A DNA stretch of 64,000 nucleotides from a virus. Below, in pieces: positions 36,824 to 45,924 of the stretch. The stretch spans positions 96,001 to 160,000 of IMG/VR virus record IMGVR_UViG_3300009103_000003, one strand, 5' to 3'. Numbering within the stretch: position 1 is the first letter of the stretch; each line of letters begins with the position of its first letter. A program made the translations under genes and the position numbers. Under the pieces are notes generated by a model. It was not told the DNA's origin. It saw nothing but the letters and a program-made list of their open reading frames with translations, and did no database searches.

Positions 36824-37203
36824 GTGTTCTCCTCTCTAATATCCAATAATTCCCAGTTGCCATGCCAGTTAGTGAATCTAACCTCGGATATTCTTTTGTT
36901 GGCTATCTTCTTTGCGCATAGGCAACAGGGTTTTGCCATAGTGAATGTTCCATCTTTCAGGAACCTTATTATCTCTAAAGTGTCACCCGGCTCAGAAAAC
37001 CGGAGAACGTTCATTTCGGCGTGCATGGCGTAGGAGGCATGCCCATCCATATATAGCCGCCCACAGTTGGGGTGGGTCTTGCTTGAGTTAACACCAATAC
37101 GTACGACTTTGCCACGCCGCTTAAGGATTGCGGCTATGTGGTATCGTTGCTTATTGGATAGGGCTCGCTTAGCAGCGAGATAGTACACCTTTTGACACAG
37201 CAA
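36781..37203 (-). CDS. Zn-dependent cytidine/dCMP-type deaminase family protein
   Basis: HIAAIL..G...IGVN, HAE, KPCCLC; start codon uncertain. Confidence 0.8.
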   Translation of the reverse strand: MLCQKVYYLAAKRALSNKQRYHIAAILKRRGKVVRIGVNSSKTHPNCGRLYMDGHASYAMHAEMNVLRFSEPGDTLEIIRFLKDGTFTMAKPCCLCAKKIANKRISEVRFTNWHGNWELLDIREENTWQKAANNIKDVFF

Positions 37204-37220
37204 CCTCCTAAGAAAATAGT

Positions 37221-37296
37221 TGGTGGGCCCCCTGGGATTCGAACCCAGGACCTACCGGTTATGAGCCGGGGGCTCTAACCACTGAGCTAGAGGCCC
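37221..37296 (-). tRNA. tRNA with CAU anticodon, most likely tRNA-Ile2
   Basis: GGGCCTC TA GCTC AGTGGTTA GAGC...CCGG CTCATAA CCGG...A CCA; G1-C72 pair (not initiator); Ile-like D-arm. Confidence 0.85.
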
Positions 37297-37306
37297 ATAC
37301 AAGAAT

Positions 37307-37392
37307 TGGTGGGGCTGGAGGGACTCGAACCCTCAATCCCATAGGGCGTCAGATTTTAAGTCTGATGCGTATACCAGTTCCGCCACAACCCC
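37307..37392 (-). tRNA. trnL: tRNA-Leu(UAA), long variable arm
   Basis: GGGGTTG...TCAGA CTTAAAA TCTGA...GGTTCGAGTCC...A CCA. Confidence 0.95.
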
Positions 37393-37401
37393 AAAATCGT
37401 A

Positions 37402-37716
37402 CTAGTTAATGTACCGTTTATCTAAGGGAGTTGGAGCCTCTTCTATGATGACCCCCGTATCTTTCAGCACGTCCTTCAAAAAGTTGATGCGCTGCTCATG
37501 ACACCTAAGGCATTCTAGTGCGTCCATAAGAAGGTGTGAGATTAGGGGGTACTCGCTCTGGAATGTCGTGGCTTCCTTAAACAGGTTCAAGACAAACTCG
37601 GAAGTACCGTCTTCCTCATTCTCGTTTTCTATTGTTCTTACAAAGTCCATAAATCCGGGCAAGACTTCTTCTATCAGCTTTCTGATATCCTCTGGTGTTT
37701 TACTATCCTGAGTCAT
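37402..37716 (-). CDS. Hypothetical protein between tRNA genes
   Basis: 104-aa acidic helical ORF with RBS. Confidence 0.55.
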   Translation of the reverse strand: MTQDSKTPEDIRKLIEEVLPGFMDFVRTIENENEEDGTSEFVLNLFKEATTFQSEYPLISHLLMDALECLRCHEQRINFLKDVLKDTGVIIEEAPTPLDKRYIN

Positions 37717-37735
37717 AAGTGACCCCTCTCCTTGT

Positions 37736-37830
37736 TGGTAGGCCCGGTGGGATTTGAACCCACGACCTTGTGCTTATCAGACACTACACCGGGTATAAGC
37801 CGGTTGCTCTAACCACTGAGCTACGAGCCT
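37736..37830 (-). tRNA. Atypical 95-nt tRNA-Ile with two anticodon-like arms (UAU and GAU)
   Basis: AGGCTCG TA GCTC AGTGGTTA GAGC A ACCGG CTTATAC CCGGT GTA GTGT CTGATAA GCAC AAGGTC GTGGG TTCAAAT CCCAC CGGGCCT A CCA. Confidence 0.85.
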
Positions 37831-37837
37831 AGGTTGG

Positions 37838-37942
37838 CTACAATAAGGTTATTAGTTTTAAAATTACTGCTAATACAGCAGCAAATAAGAATATTGGCAC
37901 CCGCGATTTCAGGTGCTCTCGCATATCAAATTTTTGTGTCAT
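37838..37942 (-). CDS. Small membrane protein (34 aa)
   Basis: MTQKFDMREHLKSRVPIFLFAAVLAVILKLITLL. Confidence 0.35.
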   Translation of the reverse strand: MTQKFDMREHLKSRVPIFLFAAVLAVILKLITLL

Positions 37943-37960
37943 GGCTAACTGTTCAGACCT

Positions 37961-37988
37961 CTTATACCCGCACAAGTGTTTATTTTGC
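37961..37988 (-). promoter_or_regulatory. Promoter-like GCAAAA-N16-TATAAG upstream of the tRNA cluster
   Basis: Recurring motif. Confidence 0.5.
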
Positions 37989-37994
37989 GGTGGG

Positions 37995-38207
37995 TTACCA
38001 TGGCACGATTGCGACCGTTCCACCAGCGTACGGGGAGCGTAGCTCAACTGGATCTGAGTTACTAGCGAAAGCATCTTCGAGGTAATCACCCTCAAGACCA
38101 AAAATTCGAGATGTTCCGGGGTCCCTATATATTTCTACCCGCACGGTCTCCCCGGTATCGGGATCGTCTACGTAAACATCTTTCACATATTCTGCTTGTC
38201 TACTCAT
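37995..38207 (-). CDS. Hypothetical protein
   Basis: Coupled small ORF. Confidence 0.5.
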   Translation of the reverse strand: MSRQAEYVKDVYVDDPDTGETVRVEIYRDPGTSRIFGLEGDYLEDAFASNSDPVELRSPYAGGTVAIVPW

Positions 38208-38562
38208 CGTCCTTCTCTTTAGGCCCTTCTCTTTTTAGCGTTTCATGTTCGTGACGCAGTGCGTCTCTAGCCTCATCTTTCCTTGGTCCATCAAAAATAA
38301 CCTCTAATGCCATAGAGGAGAGCATGTGGAGATAGCAACCACAATTTTCTGTGCAGGGGAAGTTTTCGGTCTCCAGGCTTTTCTTGCAGTTGCTATCAAA
38401 CTCTCCCCGGTATTTGGTGGCCATGTTTATGGAGGACATCGCAATGATAAGGTCATACGCGTCTCCCTCTGAAAGACTGATCTTATCAGGCATGCTCTCT
38501 GTTTCAACCTTCCTTGTTGGGAAGGGTATTATTGTTGCCGTTTTATCTCCGTCATCATCCAT
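38200..38562 (-). CDS. Hypothetical protein with CxxxCxC
   Basis: IIPFP motif; CTENCGC. Confidence 0.55.
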   Translation of the reverse strand: MDDDGDKTATIIPFPTRKVETESMPDKISLSEGDAYDLIIAMSSINMATKYRGEFDSNCKKSLETENFPCTENCGCYLHMLSSMALEVIFDGPRKDEARDALRHEHETLKREGPKEKDDE

Positions 38563-38856
38563 ATTTTACCCCATATCGTTGGAGACACCTACTGCATCAT
38601 ATCCCTCAACGAGGGTAGGGTCGTAGTACCCAGAGCGCAACGTATTATCCGTAATATTGGTATACAAAGAAGTACACAGTGATACTTGGTAAGTGTTGTT
38701 ACATATTGGGTTTTATGGAGCCTGTATATCTAACGCGGCCAATCCAGCCCTCTCGTAGATATCGGGCCTTTCCTGGTATAAGCTATTTAGAACCCCCCTA
38801 CTGTCCATTCCTACATACCTTGTTAATTCTTTTAGTAGCCAAACAGGAGGCTCATA

Positions 38857-39333
38857 ATGAACTACAATCTAACGACAGTGTCCGAGACTCTTTTCGGAAA
38901 ATTCTTGAGTTGTGCATTGATGGCAGATCCGGAACGGATTTCCGATCATGACATGACCAAACTAAATTTTACTCTTTCTTTGGACGGGAAAAGCTTGGAC
39001 TTCCAAGCAGTATTCTCTGCCTTTGAGAATCAGATTAACAATGGCAAACCACTTGCCGCCCCATCCCCGGATTACTCCCTGGGAGACATTATCTCTACGC
39101 TGGAACAGGCAAGAGATGAGGCTAGACGAGTAGACTCGATGGTTGAGAGCAGCGTGGGCGATGTGATTTCAGCAGCGTCTTCCGTGGCTGCGGATTGCGC
39201 ATCAGACTACGCGAGCGAGCGAGTTTCGGAGGACGCATGGGAGCACTCTCCTGGAGACAACGTTAATTACGAGGTCTCTAATAACCTAGAGTCTGCTTTA
39301 GATATGCTCAACACGCTTAACGGACGCGGGTAA
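38857..39333 (+). CDS. Hypothetical protein
   Basis: RBS GGAGG; GGTATAAG upstream; convergent with nrdJ. Confidence 0.6.
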   Translation: MNYNLTTVSETLFGKFLSCALMADPERISDHDMTKLNFTLSLDGKSLDFQAVFSAFENQINNGKPLAAPSPDYSLGDIISTLEQARDEARRVDSMVESSVGDVISAASSVAADCASDYASERVSEDAWEHSPGDNVNYEVSNNLESALDMLNTLNGRG

Positions 39334-39351
39334 AAACATGTGGCTAAGTGA

Positions 39352-39376
39352 GACCCCCTGGAAAATCCAGGGGGTC
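39352..39376. terminator. Hairpin between convergent genes
   Basis: GACCCCCTGGA-AAA-TCCAGGGGGTC perfect 11-bp stem. Confidence 0.65.
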
Positions 39377-39383
39377 CACTTGG

Positions 39384-41399
39384 TTACTCACCAATTTTTA
39401 TCTCGCACTTGTCGCCATCACAGAATTTATCAGTCACCTCATGAATCGAGGCGGTGAAATCGATTGGCGTAATCCCTTTGGAGAGCTTCTCGTATTCCTT
39501 CTCTGTGATTTCTATATATGGGGCTTGAACATATCCGTGGTCTGAGTCATTCAGAGGAAGGAGAGATACAGACTTCAGCCTTGTCTCATACACCTCTAGA
39601 CAAGTCTTGATATCTTTATGCTCCCCGTTCTGGAATGAAACAGTTATGCTGACTTGGTTGTCTGCCCAATGCTTTTGCAGGTCTCCCGCGTTAGCGAACT
39701 GTTCCCAGATTGAGACATCCCTTTTCCCTTTTGAGAAGTGCTTCTCTTTCACAGGGAAACTAACCACCGATGTGTCTTGAGCATACGTATCGTCTTCAAC
39801 CACATAGCCAGCCTCTCTGGCAGCGGACACAAGAGGAGACGTATTGGCAACACGGATGTTTCGGATATAAAACTCGGAATGGGGGTAGTGAATGCCAGGG
39901 GTAGAACCACACAACAAGCTGACAGTCCCGCTGGGCTTGACGCTAGTCATTTTGACTGATCGTGGGATACACAACCAGTCACTATAGGTCCTGTCCAGTT
40001 CACGAATGTACTCGTATCCCTCGTCACACCATCGAAGGTATTCTCTTCGGCCCAGCTTGTTGATTGCTTGGACAATCCCAGACTGAGAACAACCTATGCG
40101 ACGATTCCTCATCATCACGGCGTTTGTCCTTTGGTCATGGGTGGTGATTAGCGTAACACTCTTGGCATATAGGTAAGCGAACTTAAGAGTCCTGATGTAG
40201 TCTTCTAGGTCCTCGTGGTGCGCAGGAAACGTTTCTACGAGACAGCATAACTCAAAACTTTCGAGTGACTGTTCAGAGCATGGGTTGGACCCCATTACCC
40301 GCATGTCGTAACGACCGCGTTCCCCGTTCATTCGACGGTAGTGTTGCATATTGTCTAGCCAGATCACACCGGGCTCGCCATTAACAGCAATGCTTTCGGC
40401 AACTCCCGAGTAGTCCATACCGACAGTACCAAAGACACTGTTGTTGGAGGCCCACCTGTGACTCCTAAGCTTTTCCTCATCCTGCTTCAGGGTGATGAAA
40501 TCTAGGTCGTCTGGGTCACCAAACATAATTTCAGCAGTCCTCCGGATACCGCCAGAGACAACGCACTTGCCAACTAAGTTGAAGATATCAACGATAATAG
40601 CTGACGTGATCTTATAAGACTCCCCATCCTTGGGCATCAGAAGCTCAGTTAGCTCATCAACTAAATCTATTAGTGGCTGGGGACCAGAGGCAACCCCACC
40701 AAACCCATTTATCTTAGCGCCCCGCTTTCTTACCTGGGAGTAGTCAGGGTTAGCTGGGTATGCAGTTGAAGGAGGGTTACCGGCTCTCCCCACGAAACTG
40801 TTGAGAACATCTCGGACAAGCTCTACCCACCCCTCACGGCTGTCCTTAACCACGTAAGGCTCAGTGCTCATTTTAGGAACTTCGATTTTCACTTTTCCAG
40901 CGCCACGGGTGTCCCCACCAACGCCTACCCCCAACATGCTCATATCCATCAGGAATGTGAAGGGTGCCGCGAAGTCTACGTCGATTTCCTCGGTAGACAC
41001 GAATGCGCAGTTATTCAGGGCAGCGCCACCTTTATCGAAAATCATTTCTGTGCCCATGGCCCATAAGCCGCGTCCCGGAGGGAGCCACTTAAAGTCCCAC
41101 ATGCGAGTGAACATTTCTTGAGCACTCTTTTGGGCCTTCTTTTCTTTCCAAGGAAGGCGCAGTTGGCGACAATGAATTTTTTGTATGTTGAAGGCTCCCT
41201 CAACAACTCTTTTACAAGTTTCCCACCATTCCTCTGTTGTTCCATCCTCTTTTGGTCGGGCGTAGGTTCTTTTATACGTGAAGTACCCCAAGGGCCCCCA
41301 CAAGGGCTGCTCCCCCTCGAACTTTTGTGTGAAAGCCGCACTCAATGAAAAGGTGCGTACTTTTCGTCCTTCTGATGAAGAAACTTGGTCTAATATCAT
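39384..41399 (-). CDS. nrdJ: Class II (adenosylcobalamin-dependent) ribonucleotide reductase, monomeric RTPR-like
   Basis: LPPGRGLW, ALNNCAF, SGGIRRTA, SNPCSEQ.LE..ELCCLVE, TSVKPSGTVS, C-terminal FCDGDKC. Confidence 0.9.
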   Translation of the reverse strand: MILDQVSSSEGRKVRTFSLSAAFTQKFEGEQPLWGPLGYFTYKRTYARPKEDGTTEEWWETCKRVVEGAFNIQKIHCRQLRLPWKEKKAQKSAQEMFTRMWDFKWLPPGRGLWAMGTEMIFDKGGAALNNCAFVSTEEIDVDFAAPFTFLMDMSMLGVGVGGDTRGAGKVKIEVPKMSTEPYVVKDSREGWVELVRDVLNSFVGRAGNPPSTAYPANPDYSQVRKRGAKINGFGGVASGPQPLIDLVDELTELLMPKDGESYKITSAIIVDIFNLVGKCVVSGGIRRTAEIMFGDPDDLDFITLKQDEEKLRSHRWASNNSVFGTVGMDYSGVAESIAVNGEPGVIWLDNMQHYRRMNGERGRYDMRVMGSNPCSEQSLESFELCCLVETFPAHHEDLEDYIRTLKFAYLYAKSVTLITTHDQRTNAVMMRNRRIGCSQSGIVQAINKLGRREYLRWCDEGYEYIRELDRTYSDWLCIPRSVKMTSVKPSGTVSLLCGSTPGIHYPHSEFYIRNIRVANTSPLVSAAREAGYVVEDDTYAQDTSVVSFPVKEKHFSKGKRDVSIWEQFANAGDLQKHWADNQVSITVSFQNGEHKDIKTCLEVYETRLKSVSLLPLNDSDHGYVQAPYIEITEKEYEKLSKGITPIDFTASIHEVTDKFCDGDKCEIKIGE

Positions 41400-41531
41400 C
41401 AGCAAACCTCCTTAGTTAACTGTCGCTAATTACTCTTTATAAGATAAAAATTTGAATTCCTTTACCGCCTCAACCCGAACACTTTTCTGTGTCTTACTAG
41501 GGAGATATGCTCATAAATCTCATTCAACATC

Positions 41532-41559
41532 CTTATACCCGACATGGCCGCAGTTTTGT
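41532..41559 (-). promoter_or_regulatory. Promoter-like ACAAAA-N16-TATAAG upstream of nrdJ
   Basis: Variant of the recurring motif. Confidence 0.4.
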
Positions 41560-41780
41560 GGGCGAGATTGGTATAAGCAAGTTGAGTCCCCATTACATCC
41601 TAAATAAATCATCCGCGCAAACATACACTGAGGAGAGCTATTATGGGAGCATCATTCCCATCACTGAGAAAATTTTTGTCAACTCCTGGAGGCTTCCTCT
41701 CCAGAAATTTTGTTAATACACTCTGTGTATTCCATACACCATTTATGGCAAGAAGACTTTATGCAAGTTCTTTGTCGTTA

Positions 41781-42245
41781 ATGTCTCAGCAAGGTTTTAA
41801 GCTTAACCTGCCAGAACAGATGATACGGTCATACATCACGCCAGCCCCGTTCTATGGTAATTCGCTAACCCCGCTAGGCTATGCCCCATCTCCCCAAGCA
41901 CCTTCTGGGATTGCTATTACCGATGACATTGGGGGGAGCTTCCATGCGGGGTACGCCTTGCCCTACGGCTCTACAGAGACAAATCGCTGGAACAACGATT
42001 CAGCTTATCGGATGGGGCGTAGCGTTATTGCAAATGCGAGAATCAGATGCGAACGTGAATACGACGTTTTAGAACAGACATTTGGAAGGGTCTTCGACCT
42101 CCTTGCCTCTAGCGAGTATGATATGACTGATGTGAACGCTGTTTTGCCCCTGTTGGACACAAGTCCAAATGATCCGGGGCCATACAGCCAAATTGAAGAA
42201 TTATGGAGTACCCGTGCGCTGAGGCCTACAGACATTAAACGGTAA
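41781..42245 (+). CDS. Hypothetical protein (start uncertain; frame open from 41643)
   Basis: Intact ORF followed by a hairpin near 42257-42278. Confidence 0.5.
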   Translation: MSQQGFKLNLPEQMIRSYITPAPFYGNSLTPLGYAPSPQAPSGIAITDDIGGSFHAGYALPYGSTETNRWNNDSAYRMGRSVIANARIRCEREYDVLEQTFGRVFDLLASSEYDMTDVNAVLPLLDTSPNDPGPYSQIEELWSTRALRPTDIKR

Positions 42246-42397
42246 GCAGAGAAGGCTCCCCAGGGTATCCTGGGGGGCTACTCTCCGTAAATTATTACCT
42301 ATAATGTGTATTCGTAGACGACTACCACCTCCCGAAGGCCAGCACAGATCTAAATTTAGAACCATTATACGGAGGTAGTATTTTTACGGAGGCGAAT

Positions 42398-43882
42398 TTG
42401 AGCGAGGTTACGATACCAGAAGATTGGGAGCGGCTTGAGAAGGAGCACGGGGACCGCCTTCTAGCGCAGCTTCAGAAACGCGACTGGAAAAGGCTCCACT
42501 CTCGGTACGGGGAGCGGTTTGGGTTTTCTTACGAGGAGTTTGTTAAGTGGGGTAAATGGGTTGTGTCTTCTCGGAAAGGCACGGAGGAGGCGAAGCCAGA
42601 GGAAGAAAAACCAGAGAAGGTAGAGCTAAAGCAGTTTATAACCGATAAGCGGGTCTGGTACGACGAAGAGGCAGACGTGTACACCACCTACCTCCCAGGG
42701 GAACCACATGCTTTAGCCATCCCAGGGTCTATCCACAGAGAGATATGCCGCGCCTATAGCAACTACGACTCTAACCCTGCCTCGGTAAACGAGCTTTCTA
42801 GAACATTCAAATTACCCAGGAACACCCTAACAAAGTACCTCCGGGTGCATGGCATTACTCATGATAGAGAGCCATTTACCCCTGAGGAGATCATGTCTAG
42901 GTCGGAAGACGACTTAGCGGAGGAAGCACTACAGATTAGGCGAGCCGCTATTTATAGGCGTATCGAGGGTGATCGATGGAAGGAAGTAAGAAAGGACGCA
43001 GCCCAATGGCGTAACTTCGATGACACCCTGTTTAGGGAATTCCTCTCTCTTATGTCGGATAGGCCCGACACACCCCCAACCAGACTAGACCTAAAGCCAA
43101 CAAAAAGACCTTACGCAGCCGTGATAGGGCTTAGCGACTTCCACTGGGGCAAGTACTCAGACGCAGGTGAAAACTGGGAGCAGTTTGATCGGGAAATCGC
43201 TGCTAAGAGGCTCTTTGATTGCACAGAAGAGGTTCTGTCCAGAATGGCCCAGTTTGGTGCACCAGAGAAGTTATATGTCCCCGTTGGGAGCGACTTCTTC
43301 CAAATAGACAATCAGCAAGGGACGACCACCAGAGGAACTGTCCAAGACATGGACGGGACTCCAGCAGAAATCTTAGTTTCTGGTTGTGAGTTCATGGTTA
43401 GCTGGGTGAATCGTCTTAGGCAGGTTTGCCCGGTTGAGTTGGTGCTTATGAGCGGCAACCACGACCGCCATTCCGGCTTAGCGCTGCTTCTTTACTTGGA
43501 TGCGTATTACCGAACCTCAATTGATGTGACAGTAAACAGGACCAGGACACCCCGTGTATACACAAGGTATGGGGAGAACTTGATTGGTTTTGTTCACGGG
43601 GATAAGGTCGGGAAAACGAAGGACCTTGCCGGGTTAATGGCAAGAGAAGCTAAAGAAGACTGGTCGGCTAATCATAGAACTATCTATACAGGCCACTTAC
43701 ATTATGAGAAAACGGAGACAGATGTTTCTTATGGAGTTACAAGAAGACAGCTACCCAGCCTGTCCGGACCAGACAGGTGGCACGCTGCTTCCGGGTATGT
43801 TGGGGCTCCCAAGTCTCTCCCGGTTTATTTACATGATAAAGACAAAGGCCTTGTTGCGGTTATCCACGGGCCAGCAGACTAA
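42398..43882 (+). CDS. Calcineurin-like metallophosphoesterase with N-terminal helical/HTH region
   Basis: SDFHWG, GSDFF, SGNHD, HGDK, GHLH. Confidence 0.85.
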   Translation: MSEVTIPEDWERLEKEHGDRLLAQLQKRDWKRLHSRYGERFGFSYEEFVKWGKWVVSSRKGTEEAKPEEEKPEKVELKQFITDKRVWYDEEADVYTTYLPGEPHALAIPGSIHREICRAYSNYDSNPASVNELSRTFKLPRNTLTKYLRVHGITHDREPFTPEEIMSRSEDDLAEEALQIRRAAIYRRIEGDRWKEVRKDAAQWRNFDDTLFREFLSLMSDRPDTPPTRLDLKPTKRPYAAVIGLSDFHWGKYSDAGENWEQFDREIAAKRLFDCTEEVLSRMAQFGAPEKLYVPVGSDFFQIDNQQGTTTRGTVQDMDGTPAEILVSGCEFMVSWVNRLRQVCPVELVLMSGNHDRHSGLALLLYLDAYYRTSIDVTVNRTRTPRVYTRYGENLIGFVHGDKVGKTKDLAGLMAREAKEDWSANHRTIYTGHLHYEKTETDVSYGVTRRQLPSLSGPDRWHAASGYVGAPKSLPVYLHDKDKGLVAVIHGPAD

Positions 43883-43891
43883 GAGGGATGC

Positions 43892-44413
43892 ATGGAAGAT
43901 TTCGAAAAGGTATTACCTGTAATAGCCAAGTCAGGGCCCGCAGACGACAAGCATGAAAGTAAGTGTGAAAGATGTGGCGTTGGGTGCCACGCTACTGTCA
44001 ACATTAACGGTCACGATGTGGTTGTTGAGGGCTTACACTGCAAGTTCCTCGAAGACACCGGAGAAGGCCCACTGGAGGACCTTGGACGAGGGCGATTTCA
44101 GTGCTCAGTATATGAGGACCGGATGGAAGTAGCCCCTTGGTGCGGGCACACAGACTACGCTAAAGACAGAGGCTGGCTTAGGAAGGGGTGCCCATATGTC
44201 TCCGAGGACTTTAGTGGGGGCAAGGAGAGGTTACCTCCTAATAGGTACGATAACTTGTGGCCCCATATCCTTAAAGAGGTATTAGCAACCGAGTGGCATG
44301 AGCACACATCCCATACCAGTTTCGTAGCCACACAGCTTTCAAAGAGGGAGCCGGGTGATTGGCAGGTCTCTCCTGGGAGCACAGAAGGAACCGTTGTTTT
44401 TGATAAGCTGTAG
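43892..44413 (+). CDS. YkgJ-like cysteine-cluster (Zn/Fe-S) protein
   Basis: CERCGVGC...CKFL...CSVYEDR...C...CPY. Confidence 0.65.
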   Translation: MEDFEKVLPVIAKSGPADDKHESKCERCGVGCHATVNINGHDVVVEGLHCKFLEDTGEGPLEDLGRGRFQCSVYEDRMEVAPWCGHTDYAKDRGWLRKGCPYVSEDFSGGKERLPPNRYDNLWPHILKEVLATEWHEHTSHTSFVATQLSKREPGDWQVSPGSTEGTVVFDKL

Positions 44414-44415
44414 GT

Positions 44416-44444
44416 AAAAAAGTGTGCCCCGTAGGACACACTTT
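44416..44444. terminator. Hairpin between convergent genes
   Basis: AAAGTGTG(C)CC-CGTA-GG(A)CACACTTT with flanking A/T tracts. Confidence 0.6.
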
Positions 44445-44448
44445 AATC

Positions 44449-45261
44449 TCAAGCGCTTTGCTTGAGGATTTCTAGACCTGCACGATTCGGTATGACCACT
44501 TCCTGCCAGTATTGTCTGGCGTCGAACAGTTGGTTTTTCATATCGATGTGTGCCCGGATCTCTTCCGGAATGTTGTCATTATCCGGAATTGTAATCTTTG
44601 CGTCTGGCGCGAAGAGCGATGTCATATCTTTAGCGTCTATGTCCTCGTACCCCGCCAACCAACGAGTGATAGCTTTGTACTTAGGCGAACAGATTCGGTA
44701 GTTCATCAACGTAATACACGGGTCCACAGACCAGTAGATATCTGAATTTGACTCCGGATCGAATACAGCAACACGGGTGATTGCTTCTGGTGGGATGTCA
44801 CCAAGGTGGCAGCAGTTACCCAGGTGCTCTACTGAGTGTTCCCATAGATGTGCGAAAAGCAGCGGCGCGTTATCTCTATAGAAAGTTGTTCGCGCTTTCA
44901 TACGTTCGGCACCATCGGGTAGCTCATTCGCATCCCTAAGGTCATCGAAGAAGTGCCCCATGTCATCATCGTCCGGAGGCACTTCATTTCTGCTGGCTTG
45001 CTCTAAGAAGTCTTCATCCGGGAGGAGGTAGTCTTCGTCAAGCAGGTCAGTATCAATTTCAACGATACCCCATTTCTCACCGTTTTCTGCCGCGCAGTTG
45101 GCAAAGTATCCAGCGTATGCAACCGATAGGTAGACGCGGTCACCCGCAGAATCGACTGAGTGCTCCCAGTTACCTTTAGAGCCAGTGCTGTCCTTGGTTT
45201 TTAATCCTTCCGCCATCGATAGGCGGGCAACTTTTTCTGAAGTTCCGTGGTAGAGCTTCAT
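44449..45261 (-). CDS. ADP-ribosyltransferase-fold (HGT-motif) protein
   Basis: MKLYHGTS...EGL...RVYLS..YA.YFA; start set by ATGA overlap with the upstream gene. Confidence 0.55.
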   Translation of the reverse strand: MKLYHGTSEKVARLSMAEGLKTKDSTGSKGNWEHSVDSAGDRVYLSVAYAGYFANCAAENGEKWGIVEIDTDLLDEDYLLPDEDFLEQASRNEVPPDDDDMGHFFDDLRDANELPDGAERMKARTTFYRDNAPLLFAHLWEHSVEHLGNCCHLGDIPPEAITRVAVFDPESNSDIYWSVDPCITLMNYRICSPKYKAITRWLAGYEDIDAKDMTSLFAPDAKITIPDNDNIPEEIRAHIDMKNQLFDARQYWQEVVIPNRAGLEILKQSA

Positions 45262-45677
45262 GTGGCTGACCCGCCCGCAATCCTTCGCCAACCGAATTGC
45301 GTCTTTTCGAGCCTCGACAAGTCGTGCCAATCACCCTCACCGTCAACAATGGCCTCGATGACCTTGTCAGAGATGTCTTTGTAGGCGTGTTCGGCGTAGG
45401 CGTACAGGTTTTCCTTGGTACTGGGGCACCACTTGTTTGCGTCCGCGTAGTCACCAGCAATCACGATTCTGTCGCCAGCCCATGTTCCGATGATCGGGTG
45501 CTCACTTCTTAGGTCCCCTCCACCACGTCCGTTGCCATCTGCTAGTAGAACGGCTAGACCAGTCATCGCTGACTGCCCGTCATTACCAAACTCCATTAGC
45601 TTTAAACCTGATCCAAACTTGTGGGGACACAGGTATTCCTCTTTATCAATATTAGTGATTTTATAGTATTGTCCCAT
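45258..45677 (-). CDS. Conserved phage hypothetical protein
   Basis: MGQYYKITNIDKEEYL.P...G.KLME...G.WAGDRIVI.GDY. Confidence 0.65.
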   Translation of the reverse strand: MGQYYKITNIDKEEYLCPHKFGSGLKLMEFGNDGQSAMTGLAVLLADGNGRGGGDLRSEHPIIGTWAGDRIVIAGDYADANKWCPSTKENLYAYAEHAYKDISDKVIEAIVDGEGDWHDLSRLEKTQFGWRRIAGGSAT

Positions 45678-45883
45678 CACGTCTCCTTTGTCTGGCACAG
45701 CCCTTCTTCAATAAGCCGTACCGCCATTCTTCCGTAGTGGCCTTGTAGATTCCAAGCCATTCCGGAGTTAATCAATTCTTGAAAGAAACTAATTTCCTCC
45801 TCTTGAGACATCTCGTCAGCCTCATAGGACATGATCTTGTTGACCAAACTAGCTTCTTTGTTTTTATTACAGACTTCGTCCAT
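45677..45883 (-). CDS. Small conserved phage protein
   Basis: FQELINSG.AWNLQG.YGR.A..LIE.G. Confidence 0.6.
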   Translation of the reverse strand: MDEVCNKNKEASLVNKIMSYEADEMSQEEEISFFQELINSGMAWNLQGHYGRMAVRLIEEGLCQTKET

Positions 45884-45924
45884 TACCTACTCCTTAGGTA
45901 AACTTGTATACGAGGTGTCGCCCA

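Noticed and set aside
37791-37799. GGTATAAG promoter-like match on the + strand
   Set aside because: It is simply the complement of the UAU anticodon loop of the atypical tRNA.
38575-38810. Possible minus-strand gene interrupted by an in-frame TAA (31 aa, stop, 48 aa)
   Set aside because: No recognisable motif or RBS, and the region also holds a promoter-like element for the + strand gene; more likely intergenic.
41400-41530. Cobalamin riboswitch upstream of nrdJ
   Set aside because: The leader is short and AT-rich, without recognisable B12-box elements.
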